Shown here in pieces: positions 1 to 14,159 of a DNA stretch of 64,000 bases. Position 1 is the first letter of the stretch; each line of letters opens with the position of its first letter. The notes beneath the pieces are model-generated. The model did not search any database and was not told the origin of the DNA. It saw only the letters and a list, made by a program, of their open reading frames with translations. The DNA is from the human T2T-CHM13v2.0 reference genome, Homo sapiens. Location: assembly GCF_009914755.1 (NCBI RefSeq), contig NC_060933.1; one strand, written 5' to 3'. A program made the translations under genes and the position numbers.

Positions 1-351
1 TGACAGAACCATGCCATCTGTCTCTTTCCCTCTGATGCTGGAAACAAGTGTAACCTTGAACTCCCTGGTTCTCACACACTGTGGGTAGAGAGGAGGTTAT
101 ATTAATAATAATAACTTAAAATCTGCTAGATCTTCAGCCATCTCAAAAATCTCTCCAGGTTGTGCTATGAAAGGGTCCCACATATGCTCACAGTCTTCTT
201 GTGTTTGCCAGCTCTGGCTACCCGCTGATGTCTGTACTCTTTGGTCCCATGAAATAGACGCCTCATCCCTGTGTCTGCTGCTAATGTCATCTGTGGCAAA
301 GTTGAGTCCTTGTCTAAAGTTATATAAAGGAAAATAAAAAATCTCATGACA

Positions 352-1146
<795 letters not shown>

Positions 1147-1210
1147 TAAGACAAGGACTCAACTTTGCCACAGGTGACATTAGCAGCAGACACAGGGATG
1201 AGACTTCTTA

Positions 1211-1827
1211 TGTAAAAGGGAAGCTTAAGCCTGAAGGCTGAGTCCTTGCAGCCCTCTCTTCCAAATGAGTAACTATTACTAAACTTATGCATCCCTAGAG
1301 GAAGGTAAAAGGCCTCAGGCATCTGCAAAGGGCTGCCCCCACAGATCATTCATAAGTAAATTCTTTGCTGGCCTCTATAAACAAGGACATGCCAATTGTA
1401 ACTCTGGGTCAACAATCTAAGTCTAGCTCCTAAAACTCCACACTGATAGTGTCTATTACAAGCTTATCTTCCCAGGTGCAGAACAAAGTCAAGAGTCATT
1501 TCCTCTACCTACCCAGAGACTGGATAATTGATTCTTCCTTTACTTCCTTTTTTTCTTTAGACATTCACCTTATCTTATGTAAAATGTAGATTTACTGGGC
1601 ACTAACTGAAGTCTCACAAGAATGTAACTGTTTACCTTACTGCCTACCCTACATGCCTTTCCCCCTCTTCAAGGAAATGTATAAATCCTAAACCTCCTGA
1701 AAACCTCTTTGGAAAAACAGTCACAAATGTGTCTGTGGCTCATGTTTTCTCCTAGATGTACCCTAAAGCTGGCTTAATAACCCTCAGTGATTGAGACTTT
1801 TGTCTCAGTTACTCATTTTGGTTGTCA
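1211..1827 (+). mobile_element. ERV1 solo LTR (MER39/MER34 group)
   Basis: TG...CA termini, near-TSD CTTA/GTTA, TATAAA and AATAA boxes, resemblance to recalled MER39-type 3' half. Confidence 0.75.
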
Positions 1828-1874
1828 GTTACATATCTTAGTGTTCCCAAACATGATCCTGAAAGATGCTATGG

Positions 1875-2611
1875 CTTATAGTAGCAGACTTCTGATTTTT
1901 AACTGGGTGAATAGCCACCTGGGATAAAGAGGACATTCCCTAGCCTCCCTTGCAGCTAGGTGTGGTTGTGTGATTAAGTTGAAGCAAATGAGATATAAGT
2001 AGACATTGTGTATAATTGTTAAGGAAGTGCCTTTAAAAGCAGGAAGATGGCCGGGCGCAGTGGCTCATGCCTGTAATCCCAGCACTTTGGGAGGCTGAGG
2101 TGGGAGGATCATGAGGTCAAGAGATCAAGACCATCTTGGCCAACGTGGAGAAACCCAGCCTCTACTAAAAATACAAAAATTAGCCGGGCATGATGGTGCG
2201 CACCTGTAGTTCCAGCTACTTGGAAGGCTGAGGCAGGAGAATTGCTTGAACCCAGGAGGTGGAGATTTGCAGTGAGCCGAGATTGCGCCACTGCACTCCA
2301 ACCTGGTGACAGAGCAAGACTCTGTCAAAAAAAACAAACAAACAAAAAAAAAAAAACAACAGGCTTTTCCCTCACTTTCTGCTTGCTAGAGTGCAGCTGT
2401 AATGTCTGGAGATCTGGCAGCCATCTTGGACCATGAGTTGACTTTGGAAATGGAAGCCATGCGTGGTATAGTAATGAGATAGAAAAAACATGGGTCCTTG
2501 ATCCTGTAGTATGTCATACCAGCCCAGTACTTCTAACTGCTAGACTTCTTGAAAGTAAGAGAAGGGTAAACATTTTATCTTGTTTAAGAGACTATTATTT
2601 GGGGTTTTTCT
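1875..2611 (+). mobile_element. MaLR LTR (MLT1H/J-like), interrupted by an Alu and by LTR10
   Basis: GCCTCCCTTGCAGCTAGGTGTGG, GCAGCCATCTTGGACCATGAG and TTGTTTAAG motifs typical of MLT1. Confidence 0.75.
2049..2357 (+). mobile_element. AluSc-like
   Basis: Full dimer; GTCAAGAGATC...CCATC diagnostic positions; A-rich tail. Confidence 0.93.
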
Positions 2612-3754
2612 TGTAGGATATAATAAATTCCTTTTCAAAGGTTTTAGCCTGTAAATTGTTAAGTACAATGAGTTCTGAGATCCTCTCCAAAGAACCAATA
2701 TATCAGTATGTTTAGCTGTTATAAATAAATTTTTGATGCTACAAAAGAAATAGCACTCGAGCATAAATTTAATTTTCTCAGCAAGGCAATTTTTACTTCT
2801 ATAGAAGGGTGCAACTTGCAGATGGAGCAATCGCGAGAGCACACCTGAACAAGGGAGGGGAAGGGGTTTTTATTCCTGATGCAGCTAGCCCCTACTGCTG
2901 TATTGTTCCCCTATTGGCTAGGGTTGGATCACACAGTCTAAGCTAATTTCTGATTGGCTATTTTAAAGAGAGCAAGGGTATGAGTCAGAGTGGTGGGGTG
3001 AGTAGTTTGGCGGAAAGGACGGTTACGGAACAAGTGACTCAGGATGAGTCAGGATGGAGCAGGTGACCAGGGGTGACTCAGGTCAAAGCAGGTGACCAGG
3101 GGAACAGATGTGAACTACTGATTAGAACTGGTGGGAAAGTTGTTTACTGAAACTAGAGACAAAAGATTGAAGAGAACCAGGAAGTTAAACTTTAAAATGA
3201 AGAACAAAGAATAAGAGAGCTGACCATACTGACATACTGATTCTTTGAAGAGAAACTTGGAGTTCACTATATCTAACACAGCTCCCCTGTTCTTTTTCTT
3301 CATTTTAAAGTTTAACTTCCTCGTTCTCTTTGTCTCCTTGCCCCTAGTTTCAGTAAACTACCTCCTACTAGCCTGTATAACCTGCTCCGTCCTGATTCAC
3401 CCCTGGTCACTTGCTCTGACCTGAGTCATCCTGAGTCATCTGTTCTGTAACCATCCCTCCTGCCAAACTACTCACCCTGCCACTCCGACTCGTATGCCTG
3501 CTCTCTTTAAAATAGCCAATCGGAATTAGCTTAAACTGTGCGGACCAACCCTAGCCAATAGTGGAACGACACAGCAGTAAGGGCTACCTGCATCAGGAAT
3601 AAAAACCCCTTCTCCTCCCTTGTTCAGGTGTGCTCTTGCCATTGCTCCATCTATGAGTTGCACCCTTCTCTAGAAGTAAAATTGCCTTGGTGAGAAAATT
3701 AAATTTATGTTCGAGTGCTATTTCTTTTGCAGCACTGAAAATTTATTTCTAACA
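2612..3754 (+). mobile_element. LTR10 (HERV-I family) solo LTR, host of a nested LTR10
   Basis: TGTAGG...CTAACA termini with perfect 4-bp TSD TTCT (2608-2611, 3755-3758); host sequence resumes at 3279. Confidence 0.88.
2717..3278 (-). mobile_element. Second LTR10 solo LTR (LTR10A/F-like), antisense, nested
   Basis: TGTTA...TAACA termini, TSD TAGC/CAGC, reverse-complement similarity to 3283-3754, TGA(C/G)TCA array. Confidence 0.88.
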
Positions 3755-3986
3755 TTCTTTTCCTCAAAGTTGAACCTTGCCTCAACAAATATTGATGCCA
3801 AAATGGAACTGCATTCTTCTCAGTCCTCCTGGCTTGAGCCTCACTGTCTAAGCTGAAGTGAGGACAATGTGCCCCTCCCCAGTTTGGTTGCCCATGGTTT
3901 TACCTGGGTTCCATAGCAAAGTTCCCGGCTTCCCAGTTCAGCCATTCTTTTTTCCTTCCTTTTCTCTCCTAGCAATGCATTATTCC

Positions 3987-4120
3987 AGGGCTTTTCATAC
4001 TTTAATCATGCAGGAAGTGTGTTACAATGCAGATTCTGATTCAGTAAGTGTGGAGGCAAGGCTGGAGAGCCTGCATGTCTAACAAGTTTTCATCTGATGT
4101 TGCCGGTACTGAGTACTAAG
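3987..4120. mobile_element. MER5-type hAT-Charlie MITE fragment
   Basis: ATGCAGATTCTGATTCAGTAAGT...CTGCATGTCTAACAAG core. Confidence 0.7.
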
Positions 4121-4149
4121 GTATTATAAAACTCACCGTAAGCTTGCAG

Positions 4150-4232
4150 ACATGGACCATGTGGGAATCTCTGTTTCCACAATGCTTGGCACACAGCAGA
4201 TACTCAGTGTATGCCCAATGATTGACTGAATA
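4150..4232 (+). mobile_element. L2 3' end fragment
   Basis: CTTGGCACACAGCAGATACTCAG...TGATTGACTGAAT terminus. Confidence 0.55.
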
Positions 4233-5229
4233 ATAGGCAATTAGCATGCCAGATGCCAAGAAGTCCTGCAGGAAAGAAACCTGCCACTCTGTTTACTATG
4301 CATATCTCAAGTTTATTTTAATTGGAACCCTATTTTCAGAAACACCTATTAACATTTTATAGAAATAGTGCTTTGAGAAAGCCACTTTGGGAGACCCTGG
4401 TCTAGGGTGGAGTCTTAGCTGACCCAATAATTAGAATGAGCTGATTTCTGTATGAGAATCTCAAACCCAGGGTTCTGTTTGGGTTGTCTGGTTCAGCAAT
4501 TAGGAGAAATTGTTTTAGCTCATAACTTCCTGTACCCCTGAGGGCCTGCAGACTCCTTGAGGGGACATATTTAAATGCAATTAAATATAGGAGCTGTTGC
4601 ATTTGCTAAGGTGCTCAGTTTTCCTCTTCCCCTGGCAGTGCCCAACAGACCTACGACCCCCTCAGGGCACGAGAGCCTGAGTTATTTGCCAATTAGCATG
4701 ATCCTGTGGATTTGTTGAAATGCTTTTGTTCCCAGGCTGAGGCAAGGAGGAAGTCTGGGAAAAAACTGAAGGAGGACTTGGCTCTGGTTAGAAGCTGGTG
4801 AAAAACCGAGTTCCCCTCAGGGAACAGTGTTGACTCTGTCGAGCCCTGGAGCTTTTTTGCTGCAAAAGAAACCTCCTGGGCTCTGGAAACTCTGCCTTTG
4901 TCAGCTTCAAGGGAAGGGAGACAGCTGGGAATTGATGCTTTGTCGTGGTTCTGTAGGAGCGTTCTCAGAAATGCAGGCCCAGCTGTCTGTCCAGGAACCC
5001 CAAGAATGGCCCAAAGCCCCCAAGAAGGTGGCTTTACAGGATCAAGTCAGAGGGTCTACATAGGCTGCATCCCTTTAACTAGAACTTGGGCACCCAGCCC
5101 TTCATCCTCATTTTGGGTCCTCCTAACAACAGTTCTTGATCTAAAGGGAAAATCTTACTCAACATCCTACTCTGCATGTCAGAAGACATAGCCCCTATGA
5201 AATAAAGGTAGAAAGCCATAAAGAGAAGG

Positions 5230-6235
5230 GCAGGCATTCTTTAAAAAGCCACAGAATGAGATTTTTTTTTTAAAAAAAAGATTAAATGAAAAGGGAATTG
5301 ATAAGAAAAGGAAACACTGTCAGAGAAACTAAAAATGTAATCACAGAATGAAAACCCACCGCTAATCCCTGGGTGAGATTAAAGAACAGAATTGGTACCG
5401 TAAAATATTAAATCAGTGCTGTAGAGGTCAAGGTCGAGAAATCTCATCAAAAATGCAGAGAAAAAGATACAGAAATTAAAAAGGCAGGAGGAAAGTTTAT
5501 ATATATGGAGACCAGGGAGCACAGAAGCACCAAGCAGACATTTGGTGATCCTGAGGGGTGAGACCAGAGAGAAGCCATCATCCAACAGATAAGGGACCAC
5601 CATGCACACCCTGAGTGTGTAGCTCACTAGAGATTGATATATCCCAGGACAAAATGGCTGGAAATGGACCTCTAGCTAGACACCCTGCAAAAATGTTTGA
5701 AGAATCAGGATTTTTAAAAGCCTACAAGTATATACACAGAATAAAGAGGAAATCTACTGAGGAAGGAAAATCAGACTGGCTTCAAGCTCTTAGTGCCCTC
5801 AATTTGGATAAAGAACGTCTACAGAGTTTTCAGAAGAACAGAGAAAAAGATTGTGATTCAGTAATTTGATGTCCAGCCAAGGTACTTACAGTGTTTGAAG
5901 TCTTAGGAAAGATACCTTCAAATATGCAAGGGTTTAAGAAATATGCCACACTGAGCCCTTTTTAAATAAGGAACTCTGAGAAGTATTTAAAATTGTCAAG
6001 AGATGAAACACATTTAAGAATCAAGAATAGGGAAGCCATGAAATGAAATGACAGGGTGCAAATGCCTGCTAAACAGAGAAAAGTCTAAAGAATTTAAAAA
6101 GTGGCTCAAAATTTGAAAAGTTAGAAATATTCTCAAGAAGAAGCAAAGAGAACTTGGGAAGTATTGATGTACTCTTGATTAATAGTTAGAAAAAATTTGT
6201 GAGTTAAAGAATACTTTTGAAAAGTTAAAATAACT
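5230..6235 (+). mobile_element. Ancient L1M/HAL1 ORF1-region relic
   Basis: A-rich, ORF1-like organisation (GGAAAATCAGACTGGCTTCAAG, CCAGCCAAG), heavily decayed. Confidence 0.55.
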
Positions 6236-6560
<325 letters not shown>

Positions 6561-6904
6561 CTAGACAGATAATGTGCCATGTATAAATACACATAATATA
6601 AAATGAATTACAATAAATAGTATATAATTATATAACATATGCAATATGTATACACACATGCACACACAGAGGAAAAGATAAAATGCCAAGAATACGTGGT
6701 CACCATACCAAACAGCAAGCACTGGAAGAAGCAAGAAAGCATTAAAATAATTTTTGGGTAATAGATATAATACTAATAATCTATTTCAACAATGAGTGTA
6801 AATGGGCTATATTCCTTTATTTTATGACAAAAACTCTCAAATTGTATGCTTCCTATAAGAGAGGCTTTCAAAATAAAGTAAAACAGTAATGCAAAAAGCA
6901 AATA

Positions 6905-7422
6905 GGATCCAGCAATTCCTCTCCTAGGTGTGTACCCAAAGCTATTGAAAGCAGGGACTCAAACAAATACTCGTACATCAATGTTCATTGCTGCATTATT
7001 CACAGTAGACAAAAGGTGGAAGTGATCCAAGTGTTCATCAGCAGGTTGCTGAGTAAACAAAATGTGTTATATATGTACTAGAGAATATTATTCAGCCACG
7101 AAAAGGAATGAAGTTGTGATACATGCTAAAACACAGATGAACCTTGAAGACAGGCTAAGTGAAATGAAGTAAGTCAGACACAAAAGGACGGATACTGAGG
7201 TGCCTAGAATAGGCAAATTCACAGACAGAAAGTAATTAGAAATGACCAGAGGCTGGAGAGAGGGGAAATGAGGAGCTATTGCTTAATGGTTAGAGCTTCT
7301 GTTTGGGAGAATGAAGTTTTTGAAATAGTTGTAATAGTTGCAGAACACTGTGAATGTAATTAATGCCACTGAATTGTAGGCCTAAAAATGGTTAAAATGG
7401 TATATTTTCCCCCAATAAAAAA
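6905..7422 (+). mobile_element. L1MB-type 3' end
   Basis: GATCCAGCAATTCC...TACCCAAA ORF2 end, 3'UTR motifs, AATAAAAAA terminus. Confidence 0.85.
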
Positions 7423-7550
7423 TATATATGAAAGTAAATGACAGGCAAGGTTACATCAAGCACATACAAACATAAAGACAGCAGGAGCCCTAATATTAAT
7501 TTCAGGCTAAGCAGGATTCAAAACCAAACAGATTCAATGCAACAAAGAGG

Positions 7551-7554
7551 TTTT

Positions 7555-7604
<50 letters not shown>

Positions 7605-7723
7605 AGCGATGAGGTTCTCGCTATGTTGCTCGGGCTGGTCTCCAACTCCTAGCCTCAAGCAATCTTTCTGCCTTTATCTCCCAAAGTGCTGGGATTGCAG
7701 GCATGAGACACCATACCCTGGCC
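7551..7723 (-). mobile_element. FLAM/left-monomer Alu with (TTTA)n tail, inside an old L1 ORF2 relic
   Basis: Single monomer; flanked by AAAGAG(G/C)TTTTATT repeats. Confidence 0.85.
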
Positions 7724-8029
7724 TTAAAGAGCTTTTATTTCAATAAAGGGTACAGTTATTTTGAATATATAACAATTATAAATCTTTATGCAATAAGTAA
7801 CATAGCATCAAAATATATAAAACACATATACACATACATACACACCTCATTATCATTATCTAGGAAAAAAATAACAAGCTTGCCTAATTAAGTAAGAGAC
7901 ATTTTCCCTTTTCCATCTTCCCTCTCTTTGCCCCAGCAAGAGAGAGGAAGCACAGGGTAGAACTGAGGGGATTGTGAGGAGCAGACCCTCCCTACTAGTC
8001 CTCCATACCCACTGAAATCAGGAAATTTT

Positions 8030-9895
8030 CATCAATAGTTTATTACCATCTAATCCTCAGATTTTATTTGCATTTTGCCAAATGTCCCAATAATATTCCT
8101 TATGCCAAATGTCCCAATAATGTTCTTTACATCAAAAAGAATCAGTTCAGAATGATGTGTTGCCTTTAGTGATTAGCTTCTTGTCTCTACAGACTCCTTC
8201 ACTTTGGAACACTTTCTTCATCTTTCTTTGACTCTCATGACATTGACACTTTTGAAGATTACAACCCATTTATTTTGTTTAATATCCTTTAATTTGGGCC
8301 TGTCTGACTTTCCTTAAAGTTAGATTCAAGTTATGTGTCTTAACTAGGAACAACACAGAAGTGATGCTTCTGTGACCTTCTCATTGCAATCTTGCAGGTG
8401 GCTCAGGATGCTGATTCATCCCATTGCTCATAATGTTCATGTTGATAACCTAAGTTGATAAACAAACCTTGTATCTGCCAGGGTTCTTCATTATAGTTTT
8501 ACTCTTTTCCTCTATGTAATTAATAAGTACTTCGTGAAGAGATATTTTGAGAGTGTGTATCCCATGCTTCATTAAACTTTTATTCATTTATTTATGTCAG
8601 ATAGTCTTATGATTTCCTGTTCTATTCAATAAGTTATCGTTTGTTACTATCACTATTTATCTTAGTGCCCAAATTGCCTCTGATTTGGTGTTTGGTAGCC
8701 CCTTTAAGCTGATTCATTTTGACATGTTTCTATCATTCTTTAAGCTACCTTGCTTTCTAGAATGATAGTATATTCCAGGATATCTTGCACTTTCTCTATC
8801 TAAACTCTGGAGTCAGCCATTTCTCCAGGGAACTCTTGTTCCTTTTAATGGAGAATGTTATTTAGAAGCCAAGACCTGAACACTAGGTGTGCTCATTGCT
8901 ACTGGGGTATCACTACCCCAGGCCCTTTCAGTGGACATTAAGTTGATAAGCCTGCTGTTTGCCAGGATTCTCCATTGTAGTTTTATGCTCTTCCTCTGAA
9001 GATGTGTGTATACATATATCCCCATATATATATATATATATATATACATTTACATCTATATTTCTATATCTGTCTCCATATTTTGAAATCAGTGAGCTCA
9101 CACCAACAGCCCCAATTCTAGTCCAATATCACTGGATTCATTCTAGTTCTCTTATTTTCTACATGTTATAACTCCCTTCCCTGAAAGTGAGAAATATCAT
9201 TCACATTATCCCTAATACAGTCATCCCTCAGTATTTGTGGGGTATTGGTTCCAGGACCCCCCACGGATGTTCAAGTTCCTTATCTAATATGGTATAATAT
9301 TTACGTAGAACCTATGCACATCTTCTCATATGCCTTCAATCATCTCTAGCTTACTTATAATATTGAATACAATGCAAATGCTATGTAAATACCTGTTATA
9401 CTGTATTGTCTTTTAATTTATTTTTTAATTATTGTAATTTTTTTTTCCCTGAATATTTTTGATCCAGTTGGTTGAACCCATGGATGCAGAACCCATGAAT
9501 ACAGAGGGCTGACTGCCTATTTACTTATTTGATCAATTCCCTTTATGTAATCAACCTCCAACTGCACCTTCTTCCCTGTGCAGATGCCCTCCTCACAACA
9601 TCTGAGCACCAGTCTGCCTTTCCCACCTGGAAGCCTTCTTCATCCTGCTGGATTCTGACACCCTATGCTGGGCATCCCCTCTTGAATGTTTTCCTCTTAT
9701 TCTCTGATGCCTCATGCTGTTTGCACGCCTCCGCCCCTGAACCAATATTCTCACCCCACGCTCAGGCTCTGCACTCTGTGCCTGGCAGCACCCCTGCACA
9801 ATGCCCTTGGTGCTCCACCTGGGCTCTGACAGCCTGCTTCCGGTTACCAAGGCTCTCCCTCACCTCTGCAGACACTGACCTTTCTTGGCCATAGC
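8030..9895 (-). mobile_element. L1MC4/5-type 3' region, interrupted by MER2
   Basis: T-rich antisense L1MC 3'UTR motifs (GAGTCAGCCATTTCTCCAGGGAAC, GTGTGCTCATTGCTACTGGGG). Confidence 0.7.
9218..9515. mobile_element. MER2 (TcMar-Tigger MITE)
   Basis: TIRs CAGTCATCCCTCAGTAT / ATACAGAGGGCTGACTG, preceded by TA. Confidence 0.88.
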
Positions 9896-10419
9896 TACTG
9901 GCTTTTGGAGGAATAGAAGGGAAGAGAGAGAGGAAGAGCTCCAACAAGTTTAATAAAAAAAGAAAAATCAAAAATTTAACATAGAGAATAATAAAGAAGA
10001 AATGTGCATACAGACACATAAAATTTTTTAATGAGAAAAGAATGTATAAAAATGGTCAAAATGAGTAATATAAGAAAACATAAATGGCAAATAAATTGGC
10101 AAAATGTAGCCAAATCATAATAGATCTGAAGAAACCAAGAAAGTTATTAAAGAGTTGCATTCAGAAAAGGAAGTGGTTTTATGGGTGGATTATTTTAAAT
10201 CTTTAGGAAATAGATAACTTTCTGGGGAAAGTACAAAATGTGTATGATCGTATTTTTTGAAAATAGCATAACTTTACACCAAAAACCTGAGGATGAGATC
10301 CCAGAAAACTATAATCCAATTTCACTTGTGGCAGGAAGTGAGTGGGAATTTTTCAATTGCCTCAGAATGAGTAATTGACACCCAAAGCAGTAGATCTAAA
10401 GAAAGCCACTGGACCAGTT

Positions 10420-10842
10420 TGAGCTCTCCAGTGAAACAGAACAAACAGGATATGTGTATATGTATATGGAGAGAGTTGTTTCAAGGACTTGGCTCATGGA
10501 TTGTAGAGGCTTGGAAGTCCAAAATCTGCAAGGTGTGCTGGCAGGCTGAGACTCAGGGAAGAGTTGTGGTTCCAGTGCGAAGGCAGTTTGCTGACAGAAT
10601 TCCTTTTTGCTCAGGGGAGGTCAGTCTATTATTTTATCTTTTATATTATCTTTATTCAGGCCTTCGACAGATTGGATGAAGCCCATCTCCATTACAGAGG
10701 GTAACCCGCTTTACTCAAAGTCCATGGATTTAAATGTTAATCTCATCCAAAAAACACCTTCACAGAAACATCTAGAATAATGTTCTGCCAAATATCTGGG
10801 CACCACGGCCCAGCCAAGTTGTTACATAAAATTAACCAGCAC
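10420..10842 (-). mobile_element. MLT2 (ERVL) LTR, MLT2C/D-like
   Basis: CTCTCCAGTGAAACAGAAC...CATAAAATTAACCAGCACA. Confidence 0.85.
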
Positions 10843-11251
10843 AGCCACTTGTAAAGAAAGCCCAAAAGCATCAGAGGCCCAGGCACCTACATCCGGATTT
10901 CTTAGGAGCTGGCTGCACAGGCTCCTTCCACCTCCTCCTCATTCCAGCAACCTCCCCAGCTCCAGACAGAGGACTGAGAGGGAGAAGGTACTTAACAGAA
11001 ATCTGGATCAGGGACTGAGGGGAGGGTGTGCTCCCCACTGGGCAAGCCAGGACCACAGAGGATCCTTCCTAGAGACTTGGGGAGGCTGAAGGAAGTCTTA
11101 GATCCTATTTGCTGGTTGGGTATTGGTTGAGCTGTGAAATCTGGAGCCTGACCCCAAGAAGAGGGGCTGAGATGATGGCAGTGTAGAGGGAGATCCCTTG
11201 GGCAGTCTGGCAGGCGTCCCCAGGAGTTTGGGGCAGGTGTGGGGTGGTTGC

Positions 11252-11641
11252 TGTATCCATCCGTTTCCTAGAGATGCCATGACACATACCATAGACTGCG
11301 TGGCTTAAAGGATAGAATTTTCTTTTTTCTAATTTTCTTACAGTTCTGAAGGTTATAATTCCAAGGTCCAAGTCACAATAGGATTAGGTTCTTCTGAGCC
11401 TCTCTCTGTGGCTTGTAGGTGGCTGCCTTCTACCTCTGTGTGCACATTGTCTTTGCTCTATGCTTCTTGGGACCTAATTTCTTCTTATGAGGACACCAGT
11501 CAGGCTGAATTGGAGCCCACCCCAGTGAACTCACTCAACCTTAATCACCTCTTAAAAGACCACGTCTCCAAATACAGTCACATTCTGGGGATTAGGACTT
11601 CAACAGATGAATTTCGAGGCAGCACAATTCAGCCCATAGCA
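11252..11641 (-). mobile_element. MLT1A-type MaLR LTR
   Basis: GGACACCAGTCAGG...CTCCAAATACAGTCACATTCTG...CACAATTCAGCCCATAGCA. Confidence 0.85.
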
Positions 11642-12596
11642 GCTGTGAACATAGAGAACAGTGCCTGCTTCACCTGAGGATTCCTGAGGGCTGGAGACTG
11701 CTGGGCAGCCTGTGCTGAGAGAGAGGGTGAGGACTTTGGTGTACTATGCCTGGAAGACTTGGATGTGGGGGCTGCCCTCCCAGATGGCTAAGGCCTTCAG
11801 GGTGTGCAGAAAGGGCCCCCCGTACTCTATGTGAAGGAACAGGTGAAGTGCAGGAGGAACGGAGGCTCTGGGGGTGCCCAAGTGGCTAGGCCAGACAAGT
11901 GGGTGCCCCAAACAACCAGGGGAATGGCGGGCATGAATGGCTGCTGGGCCAGCAGGGAGATGGGACTGTCTCCCAGAGCAGAGCTAAACACTACACCAAA
12001 CAAAGCCAGTACCTTGCCCTTACCACAGGGGCCAATCAGTGGAACCATTAGCTACAGACAGAATGGACTAAGCCAAAGTGAGTGCTCCTCACTTCACTGG
12101 GTGCTCCTCACTCCCAAGAGCTATCCAGTTACATAAAGTGACACTGGCACTAGGGGCTTGAGCCTTGAAAATGAAGGGGGACAAGGAAGAGATTTTCTCA
12201 GCAGCAGAAAAAGTCCCTCCCTCCCTTCACTGCTCCCAGGACCGAGCTGGGGGCTGCGGGAGCAGCATTGGGAAATGCGACTGAAGTATTTTATTAAACA
12301 AAAACAGCTCCCATTATTGCTAATTGCTTTACATAGTTTCCCATCTCTGTAACCATCCTACAAAGGGGAGCGGGAGCTTGGGGCTCGGTGTGGTGAAGCA
12401 CAGAATCGAGTCTACACAGCTGCTGTGTGACAGGACTGGGCATCAAACTCAGCTCTGTGCCATGACAAGACGACATGGCCTGAGAACAGAGCACAGGCTT
12501 TTAGCCACATAGCTAGTGTTTGGAGGCTCCTTGACTTATTTCTGGACAAAGTAGGGTCTAACTAAACTAACCAAATGATGTCAATCTTGGGGAGCA

Positions 12597-12632
12597 GCGT
12601 GCGTGCACATGCGTGTGTGTGTGTGTGTGTGT
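12597..12632. repeat. (TG)n / alternating purine-pyrimidine tract
   Basis: Seen directly. Confidence 0.9.
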
Positions 12633-14159
12633 GACTTCCCTGGTCACAATGTAATGGAGGTTTCTAGATAATGAAATCTGATGCTTCTCTTTACAGGGTT
12701 TACAGGGTTTCCAGGTCATGTGCTCACCCTGGGCAAGTCTAGCATGAACCTGCTGGAACAGAATTCTTAGCTTCTGAGTAGGGATCACTGAGTCTGCTGC
12801 TGTGGAGTCTTTGACCTGGTTATTCATGGATGAACCATCTGTTTCCCCTTTGCTCTCATGGCTCAAGATGGCAAAAGCTTTCTCCCACCCTTGGCCACCT
12901 CTCCCTTCCATTGTTGTGGCCAGGTGGCTGCTGTAGCTGCCTGTTCTTTAGGGATGGCACCCCTGGAGTCAGAGAGTCCATCCCTGTCATCATTGCTGTT
13001 GAGACAGAGATGGTGAAGCAGCTCTTCTCTGGCATTGCCTGTCTGGATAAAGCAGGCACTTGACTTGGTAGCTCACACCTGAGAGACCTAGGGGACCTGT
13101 GCTTCCTGGGGACTTGGTGAGGGGGAGCAGAACAAAAGGCTGGTGGAAGCCTCAGGGGTAACTGTACCCTTCCCTGGGGATCTCCCCCATCCTGAAAGCC
13201 AGCCTGGCCTCTCAACAGGGGCCTGAATGGCCCTCCCTCTGCTGAATGTGATAGAAAAAGGGAGACAGGCACAGAAGGAGCTGTTTTCTCAATGCTTCTA
13301 GATGGAACAATATACGCAAAGACCATCTGAGTCACCCTCAAGGGAGGACTACAACTTCCAGATCACTGTTGGTCATTGACACATCACTGACCATCCTGCT
13401 CACGCTGCACCTCAGCAGTGGCTTTCCTCCTCCCTTGGCTAAATGCTCTTCTCTTTCAGTTGACATTCATGGGGCTTATGCATAAGTAGGACGCAGGCCT
13501 CCTCCCAGTGGGCGAAGGTGAGGGTGGACAGGGAGCACATGTCCCTCAGAAGTCTGTATTCCAACTAGGGGCAAAGAAATGAAATCCCAGTGCTGGTGGT
13601 TTCTGGTGCTCACTCCCAGTGCAGAGAAACTGCTCTGGCTAGGGGCCTGTCACAGTAGCCAGAGCTGGAAAGAAGCTCTGAATGTTAGAAATCTGGAGGA
13701 AAGCACAACTTCAAAGAGTCTTTTTCTAAGAAAAGTCCCTTTTGCTGCCCACAGGGAGTCAACTGCAGATACGGTTTTAAAATTTTTGTAGAAAGTCAGT
13801 CCTTCCTGTCTCCCTTCCTTATCCCCAGGCCAGAAGCAAATAAGTATTTCCCAGAGAGGAGAGGGCAGGAAGAGGAGTTCTGTGACCTGGGTGGGGGTTG
13901 CTCACAGGCCTGAGTACCCCAGTATTCATCATCCCTTTCCTCTTGCCTCTGAGGATGTGTATGTGCCTCTTGCCTCATTACCCATTGATTCATACCTCCC
14001 CAGCTGTGCCTGCTGCATGAATCGGATGGTCCTTTTGAATTCAGACATCTCAGACCTAAAGAGCTGCAGGACATGGGCCTACCATGCCTTAACATGTTGT
14101 TTTTCTTGCACACTTTGTCATTGGTTGGCAGAATCTCCACATCTCTTTCTCTGTCTCTC

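Noticed and set aside
10328-12310. Purine-rich segments around MLT2 and MLT1A that may be one ancient LTR (Gypsy-like)
   Set aside because: Too decayed to assign by eye.
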